NCBI GenBank assembly: GCA_964016885.1 | Contig: OZ024742.1 | Span: 351,416,001-351,480,000, forward strand | From: Eledone cirrhosa | Taxonomy: Eukaryota | Direction: 5' to 3' | DNA: 64,000 bases | Shown: in pieces, positions 16,356-28,557 of the stretch | How positions within the stretch are numbered: the stretch's first letter is position 1 | Layout: every line of letters starts with the position of its first letter | Position numbers and translations under genes: made by a program | The notes under the pieces: model-generated | Told to the model about the DNA's origin: nothing | Databases searched by the model: none | What the model saw: the letters and a program-made list of their open reading frames with translations, nothing else

Positions 16356-17296
16356 ATACTTTGGGAGGGTCATGTTGCCAATAAGAAACACACGCACCAT
16401 GCTTTCACTTCAATTTATTATAATAAATTTATAAATTTGGGAATTCATAAATTTCCGGTTGGTTGGTTGGTTCCACAACCAGATGGTTTTTTATATATTG
16501 TCAAAGTTCTTTTGTCACACATTATGTGACCTCTTCAGTGACTGGGGATTATTTTCTTTCTTTTTTGTGCCCCCATATTAACTGTAAAACTAGAAATGTA
16601 GTATATAGCATAAGATGTACTGAGGTCAATGTAGAGATAAACATATAATGTACATAGGTGAGCCAGCTCGTAGTTTAGGGGAACGGATAAATGAACACTA
16701 GCGAGACCCTCAAGATAGTAAATAACCATCTGTACTCTACCAACATGCTAAAATAGAACATAAGGTTAAATTAGAGATCATAGAAATAAAAATAGAATCT
16801 ACACACAGAAAAGACGCAATGTTTAGACAAATCACAGAGGCAATAAACATAAATGAATTACAACCAAAATTAAATAGAAAACATGAGTGGAACAGCAACA
16901 TCACAACTTACAATTAAGGACAAAATGAAAACACACACGCACATAGAACAAACAACCAACCAGTAACATGTAAATAAACAAATAAATAAACGAATAGAAA
17001 CACGCACAGACACACGGATGTAACACATGCCAAAACTAAGCACACAAAAACAAGATGGCATAGGACAGAATAAAGGAGAGGCACAAAACACAAGAAAATA
17101 ATCCCCAGTCACTGAAGAGGTCACAGAATATGCGACGAAAGAACTTTGACACTATATAAACAACCATCTGGTTGTGGAACCAACCAACCAACCGGAAATT
17201 TATAAATTCCTAAACTTATAAATTTATTATAATGAATTGAAGTGAAAGCAATTGGTGCCTGTGTTTCTTATTGGCAACATGACCCTCCCAAAGTAT

Positions 17297-17302
<6 letters not shown>
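16350..17302 (+). mobile_element. 5'-truncated Naiad-like PLE (family E): inverted pLTR, GIY-YIG remnant, pLTR
   Basis: 16571-16890 encodes NCKTRNVVYSIRC..YIGEPARSLGERINEH..SVLYQH..DAMFRQITEAININELQPKLNRKHEW with stops and frameshifts. 16350-16570 is an inverted copy of ~17080-17302. Confidence 0.9.
17108..17150 (+). ncRNA. Type I hammerhead, family E
   Basis: GUCA-CUGAAGA-G-GUCAC..GCGAC-GAAA-G AA CUU-UGAC; inverted copy at 16500-16542. Confidence 0.7.
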
Positions 17303-17390
<88 letters not shown>

Positions 17391-17673
17391 TACATGAATC
17401 AAAGTTCTGTTTAAACCATTTATTCGCTTACAATTGTTTCTTCCAAACCGAGGTTTGGAGTCTCAGGAGCAAATGTTCAATGATTGTTTACATACATGAC
17501 CTCCTTTTCAACACAAGAGACATACAGAAATATATGTATATATTGACGCACAGTGGGGTGACATCCATTATAATATTCTAGCATGGCAATTTACATTCAA
17601 AGATTAAAGTTATATTAAAAGAAAACAAAAGTTAAGATACAACAAAAAGACAAAATCGACTGCCGCACTATAA

Positions 17674-18828
17674 TCTATATATATAAAACTGTGGTTGTCT
17701 GTCTGTCTATCGATTTTTGGCACACATCTCCTCTTAGAATCTCTGACGGAATTGCACCGAAATTGCTATACTTGTACATTGAGCCCTAGCGAAGACATCG
17801 GAAAAAAATATTTCAAATTGACCCACCCTATGTGACGAAATCGAATATAATGTATCGATTTTTGAGCGTAAGTTATCAGTTATTTCCCTTTGTTCTGTTT
17901 ACATTGAGCGTCTTACGTAAAAAATTACGCTGGCTTTCTCAGCGTTTAAAATGACATTAACACAATACACGAACAGTTGTCGAGCCAGCAAAATGTTGAC
18001 CTGCAAAATTCATCAGTTCGAACACTAAGCTTCCGTTTTGCTTCATTTCCATTTAAAAGCATTTTAAAACAATATTTTTACTTGAAAACAAGTCTATTTA
18101 AAGACTACGTAAAACAAGCAAATATTTCGTAAAAAAAAGCAAACATTATATAAGTTTATTTAAAATATATGTATCTGTAAATTTCGTTAGGCGTGCAGAC
18201 AGACAGTCGTGCAGACAGACAGTCGTGCAGACAGACAGTCGTGCAGAGAGGTGATATAGGCGTGCAGACAGATAGTCGTGCAGAGAGGTGATATAGGCGT
18301 GCAGACAGACAGTCATGCAGAGAGGTGATATAGGCGTGCAGACAGACAGTCATGCAGAGAGGTGATATAGGCGATTAGTTCCCTTTTATGGAATGAGCAG
18401 ACGATTAGCGAATGTGCAGACGATTAAGTAAATCTTTAGTAGAGTGAATTGGAATCTCCAGTTTGTTTAATAGCTTCATTTGCACTGTACTGCCTTTGTA
18501 TGCTACAACGCTTTAAAAGTTCGGCGAGTTCATTACTTCGTAAGTTATTGATATTTATTTTTTTATTACGACGGTTAGCAAACTTTCCCTATTAAACGTT
18601 TAAATTAATTTTACGGTCTTATAAGGCTGAATTTACTTTAATTCGGGTTATCGTTATGTTTTCTTAACTTCATAAGGCATATTGTTGGTTGAGGGAATAT
18701 TAATCAAAAACACCACATGCAAGTCTGCACAGTAGACACTACAGTTTTTAAGCCAAAAAAGAAACTTAACATTGTAACTTTAACACAGCTACTGAGCGAC
18801 CCCGAGCAACGCCGGGCTTTATTGCTAG
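17674..18828 (+). mobile_element. Non-autonomous Helitron-like element
   Basis: 5' TCTATATATATAAAA followed by (GTCT)n; 3' hairpin CCCGAGCAACGCCGGG, then CTAG end; internal minisatellite. Confidence 0.8.
18188..18373. repeat. Minisatellite, ~37-bp unit GGCGTGCAGACAGACAGTCGTGCAGAGAGGTGATATA with 16-bp subunits
   Basis: Direct inspection. Confidence 0.9.
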
Positions 18829-19108
18829 ACTTATATAAATGAGACACACGTGCATTCCCCAAGTGTAACTATTGCATACACTAACTACTTCTAACTATTT
18901 TCTAACTATCCTCTTCCATTTTCTTCGTAAACTGCCAATGTTGTATCTTAACTTTTGTTTTCTTTTAATATGACTTTAATCTTTGAATGTAAATTGCCTT
19001 GCTAGAATATTATAATGGATGTCAACCCACTGTGCGTCAATATATACATATGTTTCTGTATGTCTCTTGTGTTGAAAAGGAGGTCATGTATGTAAACAAT
19101 CATTGAAC

Positions 19109-19160
19109 ATTTGCTCCGAAGACGCAAACCTCGGTTTGGAAGAAACAATTGTAAGTGAAT
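19109..19160 (+). ncRNA. Type I minimal hammerhead, family F
   Basis: AUUUGCU-CCGAAGA-..CAAACC UC GGUUUG..-GAAAC-AAUU-GUA-AGUGAAU; inverted copy at 17422-17474. The core is mutated differently in each copy. Confidence 0.7.
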
Positions 19161-19352
19161 AAATGGTTTAAACAGAACTTTGATTCATGTAATTTCTATA
19201 TAACTGCTCTGTAGAACAACTGATGTTATTACATTGAGCTATTTATCTTACTGGTAATAAGGTAGTAATAAATTACTGTCTTTCACTATTTAGGGTATAT
19301 AACTATAAAAGGTTTTAGTATATACATAACCATAAATAGTATGTATCCTTAA

Positions 19353-19414
<62 letters not shown>

Positions 19415-20813
19415 ACGTTGAGGTTCATTGAGCAGAATGTATCTTCTTAATGATTTATCAATGAAGTCGGTGTATTTCATTGCTAGAGTGCAGCAATAGG
19501 ATTTAGGTTCCCATAGGTTGTGACTGAAACCCTATCATTTTCAATGTAATTTGGCTCAGATAATATCTACTACGCACAACATTTTAAATTTAACACCTTT
19601 CATAAGTTAGTGATGCTAACCTAAATATTTTGTGAGGATGCACGCAGCCTAGTTTAATGGAAGACAAGTATTTCCTCTCGGGTGAAACTAGCCTATTGAC
19701 ATCACCTTCTTACCTCCTTCAGTATACCAATTTACTGGCATGATCCATTGAGTAATGACCCCGTGTCAATTTGAGAAAGAATATTTCGGAAACCGCGCCA
19801 AGTAGAGTTCAACATTTATGAAACCACGTCACATTAACGACTGAAATTTAAGACCACATTTCAGTGTCGAACATATATACAACCACGTTTTGGAGATAAA
19901 CCAATATTCGATTAAATATTGGGTATAATTAAATAGTCAACCGCATTTGTAATCGAATAAAAAAAATATAATCATTCTTATACAGCTGGTCAAAAACGCA
20001 GAAATCTATGATGCGAAATATTTTGCAATATAATATTATTCGTTACGAATTATGGTTGATTAAAACAGATGTTGCTTCCTGGACGGTACCCAGTCGATTT
20101 TGTCTTTTTGTTATATTAATTAGATATTTTTAAAGTTGGAAATATAATGGTTATATTCAAGAACATGATGTTTTTCAGTTTCAACATTTTCTCTCAATCG
20201 TACGTTGAACTTTTACTTTCTAATATAAAAGTATCTGATAACTAGTGAGGGGGAGTAGCCTTCGGTGGTATAACATACTTAATTGAGGATGCATGTTTTA
20301 TCAATGTTTTTGAAAGAAGCATGAATGTCAGAAAATATTTATCGATTGTACTAAATTGTTGCTTTTCTGTCAGAAATCAATATCTTCTCTGAGTGATTCG
20401 ATACTTCTCTAGATTGTTATGAAATAGTGATAGAATACTGGAGGTTGAGGAATCTGTAGAAAAGCAGAATAATGTTTTTGACAGTATTTTCATTCCATCA
20501 ATTTAGTTCTATGATAGAAATCAAGAGGCGACCAACTATATTGTGTTATCTAGCAGTCTTATTAATATTGGTGCACAACATTTGATATGTTATCTGCCTT
20601 TTCTATTTAATGCCGTTCTTATGGTTTCATGTTTCTCAACTTTCCTAGGATACTGTCTCATATATTAAAACAGTGAAATATATTCAGTTAATATTAATAT
20701 TGTGCACTACCTGACATCAAATACTACCCCCTACTTGTGTGAGATCTATTTATGTATGTCTTCTCTATCTCAAACACACTCTCTATCCCTCTCTCACTTA
20801 GCCTCTCTTTCTC

Positions 20814-20848
<35 letters not shown>

Positions 20849-20854
20849 TGTTGT

Positions 20855-20987
<133 letters not shown>

Positions 20988-21094
20988 TAAAATAACAGAT
21001 TAAAGCTGAAGCAAAGAATCGCTGCTTTCACCCTTTATTTATCGTTATCGACCCTTCTTTGGATTTTTTCTTCAAATCTATTATTATTACTATA

Positions 21095-21132
<38 letters not shown>

Positions 21133-21135
21133 TAT

Positions 21136-22105
21136 TGTCTTAGCACTGCCGTCAACATTTAATTAAAAAGAAAACATAACATACAATCTTATTTGGAGCT
21201 TACTATCCAGGGCTAAATCCTACAGGGGAGAACACCGTCCGTGTAACTTTTGCTCGGAGGAAACATTACATATACTGTTTACGAAGGACCAACTCCTAAA
21301 CAAAAAAGACGAATATTTACCTGCATGTAAACACCGATTGCGTATGACTTAACTCGCCCTCATACCCCCTCATGACCTGGGTGGGTAGATAACGGTTGCA
21401 ACATCCTACTTTTCCCTACTTGCCGAACAAGATAGGGGAAAACCCCAGCTAACATAGATAGATGTACTTCTTTTCTTTTCCTTTTTACTTCTTCTTCCCT
21501 CTACCTCTTCCTATCACTTCCTGCCACTCCCTATCCTCTTCCTTTTCCTTTTACTCTTTCACCTACCGCAAGGCAGCCCATCGGGCTTTTGTAGCCCACC
21601 CCATTAAATTATATATAGCATTGGCCGAAAACAAAATACCAACTAAATATAGCGGCTAATTTAAACTCTAGAGATTTATTACTTTTTACTATACAATTAT
21701 ATTAGTTATATTTTTTTATTTATTTATTATCTTCTAATCTCATTTTATTAACCTATTATATAACGTTCCCTCTCTATTTTCTCCAGAATCCTTTTTCGCC
21801 TGCTACCTCTCTAGCCTAATTTCATTACACACTCCTTAGAATTTGGTGTATAGAATTCACTTTCAACGCTTGACCAGCTCCACCCACTTCCTCGTTGTTC
21901 TACAGGAAAGTGTTGTCACTGCCATGAAAGATTTAATTGTGTTTACAAGAAATTTTGACCAATCCTTTTGACAACTACAGTATTCCCATATAAGGAATTA
22001 CCCCTTGAAAGTTCGGCTATTAATTTACCACGCTAAAAATTCTAATTTAGTCCAGAAATAGCCGTCGAAACGGCGTTAGCTCTTCTCTCGGGGTTAAACC
22101 TCTTC
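21136..22105 (+). mobile_element. 5'-truncated Hydra-like PLE remnant (EN C-terminus, 3' UTR, hammerhead family G)
   Basis: ~21165-21352 reads KENITYNLIWSLLSRAKSYRGEHRPCNFCSEETLHILFTKDQLLNKKDEYLPACKHRLRMT*. Degenerate hammerhead at 21999-22095 (ACCCC-UUGAAAG..CGGCUAUU/AAUAGCCG..GAAAC..GGGGU). Confidence 0.75.
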
Positions 22106-22215
<110 letters not shown>

Positions 22216-22238
22216 TCATGGATGTACACAAGCATGTG

Positions 22239-22273
<35 letters not shown>

Positions 22274-23014
22274 TTTATTAAGGCCCAATAGTGAACATTG
22301 TTAACCTGGATTAACAAAACTCCCAATTTCGCGCCTAAATGAAGTGAATATTAAGACGCTGCTTCGGGATTTAGTACTCTTTTCTCTCAGCCTTTCACTG
22401 CATACGGATAACTATATATATGTATATAATCCTTTGCTAGAAGTATTGGATCAGTTCACGACCATGTTGTCTTATTTCCTGTCTCACATAATTTCGTAGA
22501 GTAGTACGTTTATGTTACATTGTTTAGCTCCGCATATGTTTATCGGTTGAATATTTACAATAGACACTCATTTTAAGTCAAATGATATCTAATTCAGTTT
22601 GACGATGAAAGTACACCTCTATTATCTGTATATAACATAAAAGATACAGAGTATCTACAGCAAACGGATACTTATTCCGATTTGATTCACATTGCTATTG
22701 ACATGCATATTTAACACTATTAAGCATATTCTTATCCTTCCATAAAGACATTGTGGATTTTTAAAATTATCTTTCATGTATGTCACTCTAGAAATATTGC
22801 ATACTATTGTAGCTGTAATGTGTTTCGATTAGCAGAGATCAATAACGAGTACATCGTAAGTTACGCCTATACATATTCATAACAATCTTACGTGTCCTTT
22901 ACGATATATTATAAGCTACTGTCACAGCCAGGATCATTTGAAACCATTAAATGTGTATTATTACCCAGTGGCCGAATTTTGACACGAAGATGAAGGTTCT
23001 AACATTTATTATCA

Positions 23015-23815
23015 TTAAAGTTAACCTCGGAGGGATTTGAACTCAGACAGTTCAATCAAGCCGAGGTTAACTTTGCCTTTCCTCCTAACAATGTCGGTAA
23101 AATAAAGTACCAGTAATGCGCTGGGTAATTACTCGCCTTGTGCCAAAAGTAGAAACACTTATTATTAGTAGTAGTAAAAAGGGCGATAGATTGGCAGTAT
23201 CGGTAGAGGGTCGGACGCCTTGCTTTGCAACAAATAGTTACGGTCCTTTATGATCTGTGTTCAAATTCCGCCGAGGTTAATTTGCCTTTCATCCTTACGG
23301 GTTCGATAAATTTCAGTACCAGCAATGTTAATTGCTGGCCTTTTGCCAAAAGTAGAAACAATTATTAGTCGTATTAAAGCTATGGATTGACTGTACACCG
23401 CCAGACAACATACTTTGCATCATAGAGTGATGGCCCTTTAGAATCCATGTTCAAAACCCGCCAAGGTCAACTTTGCTTTCATCCTTTCAGTGTCGATAAA
23501 ATAAAGGACCCGGGGTCGATTTAATCGACTTTCCTTGTACCCTAAAATTGTTTTCCTTTTGACTAAAGTAGACACAATTATTATTACTATTAAAGCTATG
23601 GATTGGCAGTATCAGTAGATCGTCAGACAACATACTTTTAGGCATAGAGTTATAGCTCTTTACATTTTGAGTTAAAATCCCACCGAGGTTAGCATTGCAT
23701 TTACTCTCATGGGACCGATAACAAAAAAGCACAAATAATGCACGGTGGTTGATTCAATCGCCTTCCCCCTACCCACAAATTGCTTGCCTGGTGCCTAAAG
23801 TAGAAATAATTATTT
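23015..23815 (+). mobile_element. Tandem array of four S1 SINEs plus a short inverted piece
   Basis: Repeated S1 cores near 23060, 23270, 23460 and 23680, joined at ATT tails. Confidence 0.85.
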
Positions 23816-23949
23816 TTAGAAACATTCTTTGCATTCTGCTTCATTCCCCAATCGTGCTGAGTATCAACCTGGCATCTGAGGCAACATTACATACATTTCA
23901 CAATTATTAAGCATACCAATGATGTCTGGACACAAACCACAGCAAATGT

Positions 23950-24290
23950 CTTTTAAATTCAAAATGCCTTGGACAATGCAACTCAGCACTATCGTCTGTA
24001 TCTCTTGCAGTGATGTTTTTCCAGGTATCTGGTCCAAATATTGTTCAGTTACCTTTTTTTATCATTTCAAGTGTACCGACTATCACTAATATTGTAACAC
24101 TTTCGAAGGGAAGTTACCATCTGATGGAATGTTCATGTCAATTAAGAAACATGTTTTCTCTTGTTGGTCCTTCACAATTATATCAGGTCTGTTGGCCTTG
24201 ATTGTTCTGTCATTATTCACAGGGAAGTCCCACAGGATTGTCGCGTTCTCGCCTCCTGCTACTGCATCTGTGTGATGGTTGTACCGTTTT
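23950..24290 (-). pseudogene. RLE-type non-LTR retrotransposon (R4/Dong- or NeSL-like) endonuclease fragment
   Basis: ILWDFPVNNDRTIKANRPDIIVKDQQEKTCFLIDMNIPSD (PD..D restriction-like endonuclease), followed after a deletion by VIVGTLEMIKK..YLDQIPG..LQEIQTIVL. Confidence 0.85.
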
Positions 24291-24344
24291 CCCTCCGTTT
24301 TCATATTGTAAAGCCTTCACACTATATATATCATTTTCATTATT

Positions 24345-24565
24345 TCGGTGGATTTTCAGTATCGGTAGCGCGTCGGATAACATTATTTGTGGCATATAGT
24401 CACAACCCTTTACGTTCTGTGTTCAAACCCTGCCGAGCTTATTTTACCCTTTCATCATTACGCGGTCGATATAACAATGTACCAGTAATTCACTGAGTGG
24501 ATTTAATCGACTTCCCCCCCAAACAATCTGCTGGCCCTGTGCCTAAAGCAGAAATGATTATTATC
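24345..24565 (+). mobile_element. S1 SINE
   Basis: Head, B-box GTTCAAACCC, core and tail are present. Confidence 0.8.
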
Positions 24566-24929
24566 CTTATCGAATGTTTGCCCGGAAACTGGAGTCGATC
24601 AATTCCACTATTCAATAACAATCAGTTATTCCAGGAATGTTAGTCGTGTTCCGTCAATCGCACTGACCTTCGTGACTTTAAATCCACAATGCACAATCCC
24701 GTGTAAGAAGCAATACTAATATAATATATATTACAGGTAGATTAATATATTAACAACACAAGCGATACCGTTTAATAATCAAACAATATTGCATACATAT
24801 TTAAAATTAGATTACATCGCTTATTTAACTTATAATCCAAATTCCTATTTTAATCTTACTTGATTTATGAGATTATATCTCATAGAGGACATAAATTATA
24901 TTATTAAATCTAAACTAAATTGAGTGTGT

Positions 24930-25258
24930 AGCTTGGGATCAGAGTCACCCCAGATAGAGTTGCTACTCCTCCAAATTTAGAGATCAAATCTCCGATAATA
25001 TGGACGTGGGGTTGAACGTACAGAAAAAGAATCGCTTGTCAGATTTTACTGACAAAAGCTATCGGCAGGAGACCCAAGAGTAGATCCCGAGCAAGATGGT
25101 TGTATAACATCCATAAGGTTCGATCATCTCACTTGGCGATACTGCCTGATCAGTTGGAGACGGTAGCTTCTGACAGGCCTCACTGGAAGGAGTGTTTGAG
25201 GACCCTTCCCCCACAACCTCTCTGAAATAAGTGGGAGGAGAAGAAGAAGAAAAAGAAA
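24930..25258 (+). pseudogene. RTE-clade (Rex3/Expander-like) LINE 3' end with (GAA)n tail
   Basis: ELLLLQI*RSNLR*YG..GRRPKSRSRARWLYNI..LAILPDQLETVASDRPHWKECLRTLPPQP. Confidence 0.75.
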
Positions 25259-25612
25259 CTAAACCACTTTCTTTATTGTACTTCAATAGTGAAAATATAC
25301 TAATGCATATTCTTCTTAACGAAAAAACACAATACGATGATAACTATTAACTGGGTTTTCCTGTAAAATATTGGAGCCTAAAGGTAAATGTTTATCTGAT
25401 TTAATGAATAGTCATTGAAAATGGAAACGACTGATATTATCTCCATAAAAGTGAAATATATAATGATAAATATGTCAGAGGAAAATAAGAGATTGCAGAA
25501 TTCTATTGATTTGATTTCAGCTCTTATAGAATTAACTTTTTTTCATAATCAACTACTTGATTTTATATATTTATAAATTCAATACATCTATATTCCGTAC
25601 AATATATATGTA

Positions 25613-25665
<53 letters not shown>

Positions 25666-25720
25666 GCGCACGCCAATACACACACACACCACATGCACAC
25701 ACACACGCACACACACACAC

Positions 25721-25783
<63 letters not shown>

Positions 25784-25861
25784 TATATACCTCCAAGTAA
25801 ATGGTGTTGGTTTATCAACCAAGCAACCGTCTCTATTGTAATCATACGTGTGTGTGTGTGT

Positions 25862-25896
<35 letters not shown>

Positions 25897-25897
<1 letters not shown>

Positions 25898-26145
25898 GGC
25901 ACGTGGCCTAGTGTTCGAGTCCTGGGTTGCGTATGGTGTCCTTGAGCATAACACTTCATTTCACGTTGCTCCAGTATACTCAGCTGGAAATGAGTACAAG
26001 CAATAGATGGTGGTTTAACCCTGAGATGGACTGGTGTCCTCTCCAGGGGGATGTTTGGTGTTTTGTACTCTCAGTCACTTCACGTTATGAAACCGGCTAA
26101 GGACGGTCCAATTGAACCTTTTGGCTTAAGACAGACTTTAGACTG
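25897..26145 (+). mobile_element. S2 SINE
   Basis: GTGGCCTAGTG A-box-like, GTTCGAGTCC B-box, TGTCCTTGAGC..TTTCACGTTGCTCCAGT..CTCAGCTG. Confidence 0.75.
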
Positions 26146-26430
26146 TAGATATATATATATACCTATGCGCGCAGACGCAAAATATATTGACTTTACGTAT
26201 TTCGTAGATAAGTTATTTCGCGCTAAAATAAATGGTTTGCGAATTCATGTGAATTTGGCGTTTATTACAGACAATGTAGTCAATCACATAGAGGGTGTTT
26301 AATTTCATTTTTTACACACCGTTTGACCATGCTTTCTATTGTTTGTGGTGTGGTTTACCTGAGAATAATAACTCTATGGTATGTTTACCTCCAGATGAAG
26401 ATTTTGTAAAATATAATTTGATAAATATTT

Positions 26431-26834
26431 GATTGCTCGACATGTGTTGAGAGTAGGGGACTCTGATCGACATGTATTGAGAGTAGGGGTCTCTGATCGA
26501 CATGTTTTGAGACTATGGGACTCTGATCGACATGTGTTGAAACTAGGGGACTCTGATCGACATGTGTTGAGACTAGGGGACTCTGATCGACATGTGTTGA
26601 GACTAGGGGACTCTAATCGGCATGTGTTGAGACTAGGGGACTTTGATCGACATGTGTTGATACTAGGGGACTCTGATCGACATGTGTTGAGACTAAGGGA
26701 CTCTGATCGACATGTGTTGAGACTAGGGGACACTGATCGACATGTGTTGAGAATTTGGGACTCTGATCGACATGTGATGAGACTAGGGGACTCTGATCGA
26801 CATGTGTTGAGACTAGGGGACTCTCATCGACATT
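26431..26834. repeat. 30-bp minisatellite, about 13 copies of GATCGACATGTGTTGAGACTAGGGGACTCT
   Basis: Contiguous units without spacers; gives the periodic ORFs on both strands. Confidence 0.95.
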
Positions 26835-26943
26835 TGACTAGAAGAGTTTATCTTCTTTCATATATCGGTCGTGGAAAATATATACACAATCACTTTCATG
26901 CTTGTAATTTGAATTTAAAAATAAATGGATTAAACGAAATAAT

Positions 26944-27131
26944 TGTTTCTCCTTTTGGCACAAGGCCAGCAATTATCCCAGTGTATTACTGGTACTTTAT
27001 TTTATCGACCCTGTCAGGATGAAATGCAAAGTTATCATCCGCAGGAGTTGAATTCAGATCATAAAGCGACGTAACTTTTTGCTGCAAAGCATGGTGTCCG
27101 ACCCTCTAACGATACTGCCAATCAACCGCCA
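26944..27131 (-). mobile_element. Full-length S1 SINE with TSD
   Basis: AAACGAAATAAT duplicated at 26932-26943 and 27138-27149. Confidence 0.85.
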
Positions 27132-27238
27132 TAAATAAAACGAAATAATACAATACAATGAGAATATGATACTACCCTCTCTGAGAAGTCTGCTACAGGG
27201 ATTATTATACTTTAATAAACTAATCACTTTGTACTTAC

Positions 27239-27360
27239 TGGTTTTAGCCAGTAAACTACTAACATGATCTTCCTCTTTCCGAAGACGGTAGACTATATTC
27301 CAGTTAAGTATTCAGGGTGAAGCAATCCACTATGTTCCTCCACTTGAAATATATTTCATT
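27239..27360 (-). other. Candidate non-coding exon
   Basis: Acceptor TTTGTTTCTATCTCTGCCAG| and donor CCA|GTAAGT; all three frames contain stops. Confidence 0.3.
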
Positions 27361-27667
27361 CTGGCAGAGATAGAAACAAATACTAAAAGAGAGATTGGGA
27401 AAATAATATATATATATATATATGTATGTGTGTATTTGTGTGTGTGTGTCTGATGGTAGCTAAGATGCTTCCATAGGCGGTATGCCGGTTGAGCACTCTA
27501 TGCTCTTACAGAGCAGAGTAGGATAGAATAGAAAACGAAAAATCAGTGATGCATCTCAGCTCAATTTATTGTGTGTTAAAATTGTTTCACCGGCGGACAG
27601 CTCGCGAGGCGAACCTTGTGTGGATCTGTCTGATTCTGGACCCGCAGGTACGACGGACAAGTCTTCG

Positions 27668-27703
<36 letters not shown>

Positions 27704-27890
27704 CAAAGAAATTAAAGAAAGAGAAGCAGGCCGTTGAAATATATTTATAAGGAGCTCTTACACATGTTACATCCAAGTTGGGCTCCTCGGAAGCTCAGAA
27801 GAAAGTAAAGGAATCCTGAATGGGTGTGAATACGATTTGAACATCGAAATTCATATCGCGGTGTTACAAAGTTAGCTGCTTATGTTTGTG

Positions 27891-27944
<54 letters not shown>

Positions 27945-28557
27945 TGGGGGGGGGGGGGGTATATATAATCTAAACTATAATAAAGTAAGGAGCGCGGGAC
28001 TGCGTACGGTTTATAATTTGTTTATCCTATTAGTAAAATAAGTTGGAATAAATAATGAATGAATATCCCATAATTTATCTACTAAATTTTTCTTTTTTTT
28101 CTTGTGGCATGAAATTAACGCTGACTTATCGTCCTCTCCCTTTCTGTTTTCCTTTATTCGACCGGTAGTAGCACACTATAAGCTTTAACCCACTCACTTG
28201 AGGACGACCGGCAAAAGTGGCAGATGCTAGATGTCGGTCGTCCCCCAGTCTTTCATTTTAAGCCCCATGGATTTTATCTATTACATTCATTTATTATATT
28301 TCGAATACCTCAAGATATCACCGGATTCATACGAAACCCGGTCATTGAAATGATCATATTATAATAAACCCTTCAAGGATTTACACAAGTCATGCCTCCT
28401 GTCATTTCATTATGATATTTAACTCCGTACTAGCACCACCAACTACAAAAATGAAGACGATTGAACTGCTTTACGTTGAGTACTCTCCATTTTATTACAT
28501 TAAGAGGGACCATACGGAATTTACCAACTCTATGCAGTGGAGAACCTCAAACCTGAA

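Larger units (their letters stand above)
17387..19200. mobile_element. Fold-back pLTR pair (family F) interrupted by a Helitron
   Basis: 17387-17650 is the reverse complement of ~18945-19197; both arms carry a hammerhead. Confidence 0.7.

Noticed and set aside
19411-19560. Possible hammerheads on the minus strand here and at ~52815-52880
   Set aside because: Partial core matches only, without a consistent stem I.
26431-26834. CRISPR-like 30-bp repeats
   Set aside because: Units are contiguous with no unique spacers, there are no cas genes, and the context is eukaryotic.
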